DNA of 64,000 bases, taken from NCBI RefSeq assembly GCF_030028105.1, contig NC_092374.1, positions 27,041,016 to 27,105,015 of the forward strand. The letters run 5' to 3'. Both the position numbers and the translations under genes were made by a program. Positions 1-12,540 of this stretch are shown here, in pieces. Each line of letters opens with the position of its first letter. The stretch's first letter is position 1. The DNA is from Mobula birostris (taxonomy: Eukaryota). Below the pieces are notes generated by a model. It searched no databases. It was not told the origin of the DNA and saw nothing but the letters and a program-made list of their open reading frames with translations.

Positions 1-40
1 GTTACATATACTGAGGTACAATGAAAATCTTTTAGTTTTC

Positions 41-1213
41 AGAATCAGAATCAGAATCAGAATCAGGTTTAATATCACCAGCATATGTTGAGAAATTTGT
101 TAACTTAGTGTCAGCAGTACATTGCAATACATGGTAATATAGTAAAAAAAAAGTAAATCAATTACTGAAAGTGTATATATTTAATTTAAATAGTTAAATT
201 AAAAATAGTGAAAAACAGAAGTAATAAAAGTCAGGCAGTGTTCATGGGTTCAATGTCTATTTAGGAATCGGATGGCAGAAGGGAAGAAGCTGTTCCTGAA
301 TCACTGAGTGTGTGCCTTCAGGCTTCTGTACCTCCTACCTGATGGTAATAATGAGAAGAGGGCATGCCCTGGGTGACAGGTTCTTAATAATGGACTCTGC
401 CTTTGTGAGACACTAATCCTTGAAGATCTTGGATACTATGGAGGCTAGTACCCAAGATGAAACTAACTAGTTTTATAACTTACGGTAGCTTCTTTCGATC
501 CTGTGCAGTAGCACCCCCCCCCCCACCTCCTCCGCATACCAGACAGTGATGCAGCCCGTCAGTATGCTCTCCACAGTACATCTGTAGAAGTTTTTGAGTG
601 TCTTAGGTGACAAACCAAATCTCCTCGAATTCCTAATGAAATATAGCTGCTATCTTGCCTTCTTTATAGCTGCATCGATATGTTGCGACCAGGTTAGATC
701 CGCAGAGACAAACAAGAGAAAATCTGCAGACGAAGGAAATCTGAGCAACACACACAAAATGCTGGAGTAGCTCAGCAGACCAGGCTGCATCCAGGAAAAG
801 AGTACAGTTGACGTTTTGGGTTGAGATCCTTCAACAGGACACTGCCGCAAATCCTCAGAGATTATGACACCCAGGAACTTGAAATTGCTCAGTCTCTCCA
901 ATTCTGATCTGTCTATGAGGTTTGGTTCATGATCCCTCGTCCAACCCATTCTGAAGTCCACAATCATCTCCTTTGTCTTATGACGTTGAGTGCAAGGTTG
1001 TTACTGCGACACCACTCAACCAGCTGGTATATTTTGCTCCTGTATGGCCTCTCGTCTGCATCGGAGATTCTGCCAACAGTGGCTATATTGTCAGCAAGTT
1101 TATAGATGGCATTTAAGCTATACCTAGCCTCACAGTCATGGGTATAGAGAGAATTGCGCGGTGGACTAAGCACACATTACTGAGGTACGCCAGTGTTGAT
1201 CGTCAGCGAGGAG
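41..1213 (-). mobile_element. 5'-truncated Rex1/Babar-type LINE (RT C-terminus and 3' UTR)
   Basis: Minus-strand RT remnants IYKLADN..VGRISDADERPYRSKIYQLVEWCRSNNLALNV and FKFLGVIISEDL; (GATTCT)n tail at 41-66. Same family as 45053-46223. Confidence 0.85.
709..850 (-). mobile_element. Short PLE terminal fragment nested in the LINE, degenerate hammerhead
   Basis: Flanked by atcc(g/t)cagaga at 698-708 and 851-861 (TSD); sequence matches the other PLE termini. Confidence 0.75.
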
Positions 1214-1229
1214 TTTTGCATGCCATCCA

Positions 1230-1800
1230 CACAGATACTTTCATTACAATGGTACATTGAGGTTAGTACAAAGGGAAAGCAATAACAGAGTGCAGAATAA
1301 AGTGTTATAGTTACAGAGAAATTGCAGGGCAGGCAGATAATAAGGTGCAAGGCCATAGCGAGGTAGATTTTGAGGTCAGGAGTCTATCTTATCATACAAG
1401 TGGCTCATAAAAGCAAACTAGAGGCTGTCCTTGAGCCTGGTGGTATGTGCTTTCAGGCTTTGTTATCTTCAGCCTGATAGGAGGGCGGAGAGGTGAGAAT
1501 GTCCGGGTGAGTGGGTGGGTAAACCTTGATTGTGTCTGCTCTATGACTGAGGCAGCAGAAAGAGTAGGCAGAGTCCATGGAGGGGAGGCTGGTCTCCCTG
1601 GTGCGTGGAGCTGTGTCCACAACACTCCGCAGTTTCTTGCAAGGAGTTGCTGTACCAACCTGTGATGCACCCAGATCGGATGCATTCTATAGTGCATCTA
1701 TAAAAATTAGGATCAAAGGGCATATTCCAAATTTATTTTGCTTCCCGAGGAAGTTGTGGAGTTGTTGTACATTCTTGGCCACAGCACCTAAGTATGTGTT
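1230..1800 (-). mobile_element. Rex1/Babar-type LINE 3' fragment
   Basis: NFYRCTIECIRSGCITGWY motif on the minus strand, shared with other copies. Confidence 0.7.
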
Positions 1801-2014
1801 CAGATCATTTTAGAATGGAGTTAAAACTCAACTACACTTACTTAGAGTTACATAGAAATCAGATCAGCTGGGACAACACATTTCCTTCTCTGAAGGGAAT
1901 TGGGGCACCCAAATAGATTTATGACAGGTTATAACTACTAAAACCAACTTTTTTCCACTGTTATTGAAAATCAGTTCTTTTAGAGCCACTAATCCAAGCA
2001 TCTACATACTGAGG

Positions 2015-3110
2015 AGACACACAAGACTGCAGATGCTGTAACCTGGATTTTAAAAAGGCAACCTCAGTGGGTCAGACAGCCTCTACAGAGGTAAAGGAGT
2101 AGTCAGTGTTTCAGGTGAAGCCTCTGCATTTGACCTGAGAGTATAGAGGGCAGGTAGCCAGGATTAAGAGGTGAGAGAGAAAGGTGAAGCAGGGGCTGGC
2201 AGATAATAGGTAATGAGATGAGAAATGATGGCAGGTGGAGGAATGGGAAGGGTGAAGTATGAAGGTAGAAGCTGATAGGTGATGTTTAGCTGTTGAATTT
2301 TCTTATTTAATCCTCCCCACCTCCCTCATCCTTTTCTCTCTCCTAATCTCACTCCACCTTTACTAACACCTTCTCATCAACCTGCTCCACGACTGACCTC
2401 TCCACAGCAAATCACAGGTGCAAGTTTACCTTCAGCATGAACCACATTGACCTTTCCATCTACCACAAAAGGCGGGCTTTCCTGGTGGCCACACACTTTA
2501 ATTCTACTTCCCACTGGCATTCTGATGTGTCTGTCTGCGGCTTCTTCTACTGCCATGATGAGGCCACCCTCAGGTTGGAGGAGCAACACCTCATATTCTG
2601 TCTGGTAGCCTCTTACCTGATGGTATGAACATTAAATTCTCTAACTTCCGGTAATTTAGAAGTTACCGGAACTTCCCCTTCCCCTTCTCTCTTTTTCTAT
2701 TCCCTGTTCTGATTCCCCTCCTTCCCCTTTTCTTCTCCTCACCTGCCTATCACCTCCCTCTGGTGCCCCTCCTCCTTCTCTTTCTCCCATGGTCAAATCT
2801 CCCCTCCTATTGGACTCATTCTTCTTCATCCCTTTATCTTTCCCAGCTTCTCACTACATCCACCCCCCGCCTCCCACCCACCTTCTCTCTCACCTGGCTG
2901 TACCTACTACCTGCCAGTTTGTACTCCTTCTACTCCCACCCCTCTACCTTCTTATTCAGGTCTCTTCCCCCATCCTGATCCAGTCCTGATGTCAGGTTTC
3001 ATCCTGAAATGTCGTCAGCTTGTTCCCCTCCAAAGTTGCTGCCTGACTTGCTGAGTTCCTCCAGCATATTGTGTTTGTTGTTCTGCATTTCCAGAACCTC
3101 TTGTGTTTGT
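2015..3110. mobile_element. PLE remnant: inverted terminal part (2015-2290, -) plus GIY-YIG C-terminus, 3' UTR and terminus (about 2440-3110, +)
   Basis: ATHFNSTSHWHSDVSVCGFFYCHDEATLRLEEQHLIFCL matches the endonuclease end at 58195-58473. Degenerate hammerhead at about 2981-3018. Confidence 0.75.
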
Positions 3111-3829
3111 ATTTGAAGGTTTCCTCTACATTTCCTGTGAAGACACAGCAATGGGAACAGGTTCAAGGGCATATTCCTACTTGTTTAACAGCTGCTTGCT
3201 TTCAAATGCCTCTCACAATTTTACTTTACTTTTGCAAGACCAGGGTCAAACATAAACATTTTATTAGTGCCTTTCATGTCCATGTTAGAATGCACCAATG
3301 TCCTAGTAGTTCTTCTGAGTTGTAGACATTGCTATAGTGTTGCATACATGACAGCTGGTTTTAATTCAGCCAAGAAAGACCAAGGCGTTGATAAAGACAG
3401 GGAGAGTAGAACTCGGGAACAAGCCTGAGCGAAAGATTAAAGTAGGCTGTAAAATTTTCTATAGATCCATTGAAAGAAAGGGAATTAGCAAAAGTGTGAT
3501 TGATGTAGGCTGAGCTTGAGGAGCTTATATGGGGATGTAATTTCAAAGATAATATAAAAGGTAATTTCAAAGGTAATATCGTAAGAAAATGGGACAGGTA
3601 TTAAAAACAATTTTTGTCTTTGTAATGAAGTTAGATGCAAATGATCACTTGGGAATAAGTCTAAAGAGAAGAGCTGAAAGGTAGAGCATGTGAAAGGAAT
3701 ATTTTTGGAGAAATAGTGGGACTGAAAGCCAATAAATCTCTCTGGCTCAGTTACCAAGGTTTTAAAGAGGTCATGATGGAGTTAAGATTTAGGCGCAGAG
3801 TCAGACTATTCAGCCCATTGAGTCTCTTT

Positions 3830-4885
3830 CAAAATTCCCAAAGATGAGAAGGTAGCTTGTCTGTATTTAGGAAAGGAGGGCAAGAGAAAATGAACTAGCA
3901 GCTTATTAGCTGGATATCAGTGTTAGGGGAAATGCCAGAATCAATCATTAAAGACTTGTTAATGGGGCAGTTGGAAAATGGTCAGAATGGACACAGACTT
4001 ATGAAAGAAAATTCACGTTTTAGAGGTTGTATTTAGAAAAATAGAGAAGAGCAAACCAGTGGATGTGAGATATTGGGGAATTCATCTGGCCTTTGTTCAT
4101 GTGTTACGGTAAAGGTTTGGATTCAGAACCAGGTTTATTCTCACTGATGTATGTCATGATTTTGTTCGTAATGAGAAGAGAGCATGTCCTAGGTGATGAA
4201 TAAAATTAGAACAGAAAGATTGGTGTAATCTACTGGAGTTGATTGTGGATGCTTCAGGGACTGGTGGCCAGATCCACAAAACTTCACACAAATGATAGTG
4301 ATATCTTTGAGGACCAAGTGGCCCAAGATCCAAATTTTTTGATGATACAAACTTGGGAGGCAGTATGAGGATGCAGAGAGGCTTCCAGCAGATAAAGACA
4401 AACTAAGTCAATTGGCATGGATATGACAGTGGGAGTAAAGTAGGGAAAAACACGAGACCATGCACTTCAGTAGAAAAAATAGAAAAATGAACAAGATTTG
4501 GAAGGAGTTGCTGTTCAGGAAGACAGGGTGACCTTCCATATGAAGGCAGGGGTTCCCAACTAGGAGCCCACAGACCCCGTGCTTAATGGTGTTGGTTCAT
4601 GGCATAAAAAATGGTTTAGAATGCCTGATTGAAGGTTAAGACTGGTACAATAAACAACAAGAAAGGAATATGACCTTTGTTGCAAAGGATATGTTTGCAT
4701 GACCAAAGGCACCTGACTGGAATTGTATGACGAAGATTTTACATGGACTACTGTGTATAGTGTAGGTCTGATGTCTCTAAGAAAATATACGTTTGGGGTG
4801 AAAGATTCACAAGATTCAATGCTGGGATAGGGGGAATTCCCTAGGAGGGGAGATTAAGTATTCAGGGGCTCAACTTTGGAAGAAT
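3830..4885 (+). mobile_element. Old degraded CR1 LINE RT region
   Basis: Nucleotide similarity to the CR1 at 11095-12540 (gtggatgtgagatatt, tttttgatgatacaaacttgggagg). Confidence 0.6.
4547..4627. mobile_element. Short hAT MITE
   Basis: Starts CAGGGGTTCCCAAC, degenerate inverted end; 8-bp flanks tatgaagg/attgaagg. Confidence 0.6.
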
Positions 4886-4889
4886 CAGG

Positions 4890-5385
4890 TCAAAGTTCAA
4901 ATTTCAAAGTAAATTTATTATCAAAGTACTGTGCATATATGTTACCATATACTAGTCTGAGATTCATTTTCTTGTGGGCATTCACAGTAGATATAAAGAA
5001 ACACAATAGAATCAACGAAAAACTGCACACAACAAAGACAAACAACCAATGTGCAAATATAAAAAGAGAAAAAAAAGTCATAAATAAGTAATAAATATCA
5101 AGAACATGAGTTGTAGAGTCCTTGAAAATGAGTCCATAGATTGTGGAACCAATTCAATGTTGGGTTGAATGAAGTTATCCCCTCTGGTTCAAGAGCATGA
5201 TGGTTGAGAGGTGATAACTGTTCCTGAACCTGCTGGTGTGGGTCCTGAGGCTCCTGTACCTCTTTCCTGATGGCAGTAGCAAGAAGAGAGCATGGCCTGG
5301 ATGGCGGGGGTCTTTGATGATGGATGTTGCTTTCGTACAGCAATGCTCCTTGTGGATGTGCTCTATGGTGGGGTGGTCTTTACCA
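4890..5385 (-). mobile_element. Rex1/Babar-type LINE 3' end
   Basis: KATSIIKDPRHPGHALFLLLPSGKRYRSLRTHTSRFRNS; (TTTGAA)-type tail. Confidence 0.8.
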
Positions 5386-6132
5386 CCCACCCACCCCCAT
5401 GAGATAGGCTACTAAAAACATTCAGCTTGTTTATATAACTGAAAGGATAAATGTAGGGAGAATATTTCCCCCAGCTAAGGTGTCAAGAACCCAGGTACAC
5501 AATTTCAAGTAAGGGTTCTGCTATTCAGATCAAATGAGAAGAAATTTCTTCCCTCCAAAGACAGTGAATCTTTGATTTTGTACTTGGCCTGCAGTGATAA
5601 ACTGAAGTGTATGTTCTAGTCAGAAATTGATAGACTTTTGAGTGTTGGGGGAATTGAGACATGTGGCAGTTTATGCAGGAAAACAACGCTGAAGAAAAAC
5701 CTTTATGAAAGCCTACTCCTGATCTTATTTTGTATGTACGTACCAAACTCCTACAAATAATAATGTGGAACAAGCAAATACCTGATTGTCTTTTGCATGG
5801 TAGCTTTTAATACTGTTTGGATTTGTGCAGACTGATGAAGCATGATAAAAAGGTAATATTAGATTATGCATTTAGTTTTTATATTCTTCATCCAATTGTT
5901 TCATAATAGCTAATGTGAGCGGGGTGAAGAGGATTGTGTTGAATAGTGCCTGGGACCATTTGGAAGCCGAATTCTTCATGCCCTGTGCTGAATTATGGAT
6001 GAGTACAGCACAGAAAGAAGCCATTCAGACCATCAAACTGCTTTATTAACTGCTTCGCTAAACTGTCCAATATTCTTGAGAGATTTGAGCAAAAACACCC
6101 CTGGTTTTTGTTTTGGTATTTCCTTTTCTGAG

Positions 6133-6530
6133 GGGCAGGGTGCAGATACGTCTCTACCAAAGGAGGTGTAAGGCACTCCTTCCCTCCACTCGCTTGCAGG
6201 TCACTACTGGGTAATGTGTAGCACCTGCTTAGCGCCCCCCCTCCCCCGATCTGGGTCACGTGAGGCCATGGGAGTAGGTTCTGGATGGTCGTATGAGAAG
6301 CTGATGCACATCACAACTTCTGGTTGTGAATTCAACCAGATATCATCAAGATTCCAGGCAGACAATCTCTGAAGGGTATTGATAATGGCTGGGGGTCACC
6401 TGTCCTGTAAAGACACTGCCCACATGAAGGCAATGGCAAAGCACTTCTGCAGAAAAAATTTGCCAAGAATAATCATGATCATTAGACCATGATCGCCTAC
6501 ATCAAATGACACAGCACATAATGATGATGT
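6133..6530 (+). mobile_element. SINE with RTE-like 3' end and (GAT)n tail, copy 1
   Basis: Collinear with 17873-18261; gaaggcaatggcaaagcacttctg..tttgccaagaa resembles RTE/BovB-related SINE tails. Confidence 0.7.
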
Positions 6531-6589
6531 TGATTTTCTTTTCAAAATTATCGGTTGTGTTACGATAACTTTTGCTACTTTTGGCTTAA

Positions 6590-7018
6590 GCACCATCTTG
6601 GGCACTAGCCTACAAAGTACCCAGGACATATTTAGGGAGTGGTATCTCAGAAAGGCAGCGTCCATTATTAAGGATCTTCAGCACCCAGGACATGCCCTTT
6701 TCTCACTGTTGCCATCAGGTAGGAGATACAGAAGCCTGAAGGCACACACTGAACGATTCAGGAACAGCTCCTTCCTGTCTGCCATCCGATTCCTCAATGG
6801 ACATTGAATCTTTGGACACTACCTCACTTTTTTTTTAATATACAGTATTTCTGTTTTTGCACTTTTTAAAAATCTATTCAATATATGTAATTGATTTACT
6901 TGTTTATTATTTTTATTTTTTTCTCTCTGCTAGATTATGTATTGCATTGAACTGCCGCTGCTAAATTAACAAATTTCATGTCACATGCTGGTGATAATAA
7001 ATCTGACTCTGATTCTGA
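6590..7018 (+). mobile_element. Rex1/Babar-type LINE 3' end
   Basis: Near-identical to 45765-46223; LRKAASIIKDLQHPGHALFSLLPSGRRYRSLKAHT; GATTCT tail. Confidence 0.85.
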
Positions 7019-8412
7019 TACAACAAGTACACCTCACACTTTACAGCATTGAATTTTATCTGCCAGGTGTCCATCTATATTCTAGTTTGCCTGTTTTTCC
7101 TTGAAGAGCATTACATTCGCCTCATTATTTATAAAATTTGTAGGCTTTGTCTGACCCAGACAGTGAAGAATTTAACAAGGTCCTGATGAAGGGACTCTGA
7201 CCTGAAACACTGGCACTGTTTCTCTCCTTGTAGTTGCTGCGGATATTTCCTGTATTTTCTGTTCTCAAAAGTTTTACACTTGAGTGTGACAATTGCTTGA
7301 AATATTCCATGTTTATAGAGCTCTAAGGTAAACAGTGGATTGTAAAGAAAGCAGTCACATCAGCACTTTACGTATAATTTATTGCAGATGATATCAAAAT
7401 AGCAAACATTATCAGATTACATGCCTTCAGTCAAGTGAATAGAATCATAGACTGGTTCTCTTGTCAGTAGGTAGGAGGATGTACATAATGTTAAAAACAC
7501 TTAAGTATCCTTGGTATTATGAGTGGAACGTTTGATGACAAATTCAAAAAACTAAGTCATACAAATATTCAAAAAATTGCAGGGTAGAGAGCAAGAAGAA
7601 CAAATTGTGTTTTTTTTTGGTTTTATGAATCATGTTAAGCGGGCAAGGAACAATGAGAAGCCAGAAAGACCAAGGGAGGGAATTTTGTAGATTTGGATCT
7701 GAAAGATGGAAAGGTGAAAAAAAACTAATTTAGAGATGCACCAGGTGCCTAAATTGCTGGCTTGTAGGGATTTTGTAGGGCTGGAAGAGCTTCCATGGAT
7801 GGATAAACTAAGGTAGTGCTTGAAAGCAAAGTCGGTGAGCTCCAAAATTGTCTTGCTGGAAACTACTGTTCGTTACTGACCTGGGGCAATTAGCTGAGGA
7901 GGATTTGGTGCAGGTTTAGTGTGCAAACAGTGAGCTCCTACAAATTATAATGTGGAACAGGCAATTACCTGAATGCATTTTGCGTGGTAGCTTTGTATGC
8001 AGATATGGCTGGCAGACTTTTGTAAACTGGCCAGAAGGTATTAGAGTATTCAAATTTAGAGTTGATATGAGGTAAGAGTTACAGCTTTCTCATATCCTAC
8101 AACATCAATCCCTGCACAGTCTCCACAGTACTTCCACGGTGAGGTAGTGTTGGTGTCAAAGCATGTTACATTTGTGGAAGCAGGTGATCTTGGTGATAGA
8201 ATGAGTTTGTAATCAGAAGCTTTATGTCAGCTCAGATAGGGCACCAAGGCTTAAAAGGTTCGATTCAGTTTTGGACAATTTACAGGGAGAAAATGAGTCA
8301 GTGGCTAGGAGGACAAATAGATAATGTTAAAGAAGCTTCAGAATCTTTGGTATGGTAAGTGGAATATTTGAGTAAAAACAACGAACTGAATACAAATCTT
8401 TAACAAATTATA

Positions 8413-9108
8413 TGTAAGGGGGTTTTGGCTTTTATGTTACCGCGGAGGCTAATTAATATGGCGTCTTTGTTATGTTAATCTGGGGAATGCGGCTTTGTTG
8501 TGTTAAATGCTGAGAAAGTTTGCGCTAACAGTTTCTTTTTGCTTTAGTGTGTGATAAGAGAGCATGCTATTAACCAATTAGGATAGTTGTTATGGTTTTG
8601 GTGTATTGAAGATACTGTATGTGCGGGGGTTTTGGGGCAGAAGGCGGGAGAGCGAGACAGAGGATGGACGAGGTGCTGTGAGTCTGCTAACGGGGTCGGA
8701 CCCCGAGCGGGACATTTGGTGAGGAGACGGAGACGGACTCGTGTGGAGCGTCTGTTCGACCACCGTCGTTTGTCCCAGGCGGCCGGTCGAGGTGGTCCGA
8801 GGGGGTCGCAGGGTGAAGAAGAAGGTCCTTGAGCTCCAACGGTTTTTGTGCACGAAGAGATTGAACTTTGATAAGTGTGGCGCCTTTTATTTTCCTTTTA
8901 TATTTTATTCTCTTTTAATTATATAGTTCCAGTAATGTCTATAAACTGTAAATCATTTAATTGTATCTGGTGTATTGTCTGTTATTTGGGCGGGGTGGGG
9001 TACCTGACACAGCATCCACACAAACTATTACCCAGTTTGCCGGGGCCGAGGCTGTTTCCCTAGACAACAGCGAGCCGAGCGACCCTGAGGGTGGCCGGGG
9101 GGCCTACA
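8413..9108. mobile_element. Solo LTR (696 bp)
   Basis: TGTAAG...CCTACA termini (TG..CA, short inverted repeat), TATA on both sides (8409-12, 9109-12), CpG-rich interior unlike the flanks. Confidence 0.75.
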
Positions 9109-9267
9109 TATAAATAACAGGCAAGTGGATAATTAACAGTAATATAAACCCCATGCAGATATTAACAATAGTTTTTATAAAGCACTCAGTAGAAATGGAC
9201 TAAGGAGCAGCCTATTGGGACCTTCCCGCCTGCCCCACCATTCCACAGGATGAGGAGAAACATCAAC

Positions 9268-10380
9268 TTCAAGTTCAAGTTTAAGTTTATTGTCATTCAG
9301 CCATACACATGTATACTGCTAAATAAAACTACGTTCCTCCAGACCAAGGTGCACAACACAGTACGTATGACTCACGCACAACACATAAGTAGTATTACCA
9401 CAAATAAATGAGCATATACTAAGGTGCATCTGTGATACAAGTTAAGTCAAGTCAAGTCAAGTCACTTTTTATTGTCATTTCGACCATAACTGCTGGTATA
9501 GTACTCAGTAAAAATGAGACAACGTTTTTCAAGACCACAGTGCTACATTGAAACAACACAAAAACTACACTAGACTACAGACCTACCGAGGACTGCATAA
9601 AGTGCACAAAACAGTGCAGGCACTACAATAAATAATAATAAATAATAAACAAGACAATAGGCACAGTAGAGGGCCGTAGGTTGGTGTCAGTTCAGGCTCT
9701 GGGTATTGAGGAGTCTGATGGCTTGGGGGAAGAAACTGTTACATAGTCTGGTCGTGCGAGCTCGAATGCTTCAGTGCCTTTTACCATATAGCAGGAGGGA
9801 GAAGAGTTTGTATGAGGGGTGCGTGGGGTCCTTCATAATGCTGTTTGCTTTACGGATGCAGCGTGTGGTGTAAATGGTGGGAAGAGAGACCCCGATGAGC
9901 TTATAATTTCAGGACCATGGTGCTACGTGAAACAATACAAAAACTGCACTGAACTACGTAAAACAACACAAAAACTACACTAGACTGCAGACCTACCCAG
10001 GACTGAACAATACAATACTACTGGTGCTTCATATGTGATGAGACCTGGGTGATGGCAGGGAGTTCATTAATCTCATGGCCTGGTGTTTCCCATGCCAACA
10101 GACCTTGGCCTAATCGATACCTTGGTACATCCTGCCTGATGTTAGGCAGTCAAAGGGATTGTTGCATGGTTGGGAGGGATCATCGACAGTGTTAAGGGTC
10201 CTGTGTATAGATACTCTGATAAATATCTCTGATGGGTGGAAGAAAATACCCAATGATCCTCTCAGCAGTTCTCGCAATCTTTTGTAGGGACTTGTAGTCA
10301 AATCTCTTGCAATTCTCGTACCAGACGGTCAAGACACGTTCAATGGTGCTTCTGTAAAAATTAGTGTTTGCTTTAGTGCA
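9268..10380 (-). mobile_element. Nested Rex1/Babar-type LINE 3' ends with an internal duplication
   Basis: (CTTGAA) and (GACTT)n tails at about 9270 and 9445; NFYRSTIERVL..WY remnant; 9527-9596 repeated at about 9908-10005. Confidence 0.7.
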
Positions 10381-11094
10381 TGGGAGGTTCATCACATTCA
10401 GGGCCTCCTCGAAGTTGCATGCTATAGTGTCTTGGATATATCACCTGCCCTTCATCATGGCTACGTCCAAATCCATAAACTCCAGCTCAGTTCCATTGTC
10501 CTGTCTGACCACTCTATGTGGCTAACTTAAGTAACCTCCCAGGTACAACTGCACCGAAAATCAACCTCAAGTAGCCACTTGTTAAATATTTTAGAAAGCC
10601 GTTTGAAATGATGATTACAAAGTGACTAGGTCTCCAACACCCACTACCCCCAGCCGGAAGGTAGCTTGACTTTTCTTCCCTTGATCTTTGCAGGCTACAG
10701 GACTTTGGGCCCTTCAACACCTGACAGCAGTTTGAGTATGACCTGGTCTTTTATAGGGCAGAAAGAATCTGCAATAAATTCTGGCCTTACCAGCAAACTA
10801 CCGTATTCTGTAAATTAATATATTGTATATTTAAAAAATGATAGATTTTGCCTTGATTTGCAGAACAAGAATGCTGAATCTAGTTTTCTTTTAACCTCAT
10901 TGATTATAGTACCAACACAATCCAGCTGTTCTTATTTTGAAGATAAAGATGAGCATTATTTGCAGTGAAATGGGTCATTTGTGCCAATGACCAACATGGT
11001 CCAAGGGTGTGTTAGGGCCAGCCCGTAACTGTTATTAGACTTCCAGCACCAATAAAACATGGCCACAGCTTACTAATACTAGCCTGTGCATGGA

Positions 11095-12540
11095 ATTTCC
11101 AGAAGGCATTCGATAAGGCACTGCATAAAAGACTTATCCGTAAGGTAAGGATGCATAGAGTTGGGGTGATATATTAGCATGGATAAAGGATTGGTAAACT
11201 AATAGAAAGCAAAGAGTTGGGATACATGGGTGTTACTCTAGTTGGAAATCAGTGGTGAGTGGTGTAACTGTTCATGATGTACATTAACAATCTGGAAGGG
11301 GGAACGAGTCTAGTGTATATAAGTTTGCTGATGATACTAAATTGAGTGGAAAAGCAAATTGTGTGGAAGATATGGAGAGTCTGCAGAGTGATACGGATAG
11401 GTTAAGTGAGTGGGCGAAGGTCTGGCAGAAGGAATACAATGTTGGTAAATGTGAGGTCATTGACTTTGGAAGGAAACATGGAAGAGCAGATTATTATTTA
11501 AATGGTAAAAAAAAATTGCAGCATGCTGCTGTGCAGAGGGACTTGGGAGTGCTTGTACATGAATCACAAAAGGTTGGCTTGCAGGTGCAGCAGGCTGTCG
11601 AGAAGGCAAATGGAATGTTGGCCTTCATTGCTAGAAGGATTGAATTTAACAGCACGGAGGTTATGCTGCAACTGTATAGGGTACTGATGAGGCCGCACCT
11701 GGAGAACTGCATGCAGTTAGAAACATAGAACATAGGAAACCTACAGCGCAATACAGGGCCTTCGGCCCACAAAGCTGTGCCGAACACGTCCTTACCTGAG
11801 AAATTACCCAGGGTTACCCACAGCTGTCTATTTTTCTGAGCTCCGTATATCTGTCCAGGAGTCTCTTAAAATCCCCTATCATATCTGCCTCCACCACCGT
11901 CGCTGGCAGCCCATTCCACGCAGTCACCACTTTCTGTGTAAAAAACTTACCCCTGAAATCTCCGCTGTACCTACTTCCATGTACCTTAAAATTGTGCCCT
12001 CTTGTGCTAGCCATTTCAGCCCTGGGAAAAAGCCTCTGACTATCCACAGTTCTGGTCTTCTTACTGGAGGATGGATTTACTGGCTTGGAGGCAGTGTAGA
12101 GGAGGTTCACCAGGTTGATTCCAGAGATGAGATTGGCTTGCCTGGGACTATACTGGCTGGAATTCAGAAGAATGAGAGAGAGGAAACATATAATACTATG
12201 AAAGGGATAAATAAGATAGAGGGAGGAAAGTTGTTTCCACTGATAGTTGAGACAGAACAAGGGGAAATAGCCTCAAGATTCAGGGGAGTAGATTTAGGAT
12301 GGAGATGAGGAGGAACTGCTTTTCCCAGAGAGTGGTGAATCTGTGGAATTCTCTGCCCAATGAAGCAGTGGTGACTACATCAGTAATTATACTTAAGACA
12401 AGGTTGGATAGATTTTTGCATTGTAGGGGAGTTAAGGGTTATGGGGAAAAGGCAGGTAGGTGAAGATGAATCCATGGCCAGATCAGCCATAATCTTATTG
12501 AATGGTGAAGCAGGTTTGATAGGCCAGGTGGCCTACTCCT
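11095..12540 (+). mobile_element. CR1 LINE RT and 3' UTR
   Basis: KFADDTKL, LQSDTDRLSEWAKVWQKEYNVGKCEVI, QRDLGVLV, KANGMLAFIAR. Confidence 0.9.
11719..12046 (-). mobile_element. Younger CR1 3' end inserted antisense into the CR1 above
   Basis: TRGHNFKV..RGKFFTQKVVTAWNGLP; TSD CAGTT at 11714-18 and 12047-51; host sequence resumes at cagttctggtc. Confidence 0.85.
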
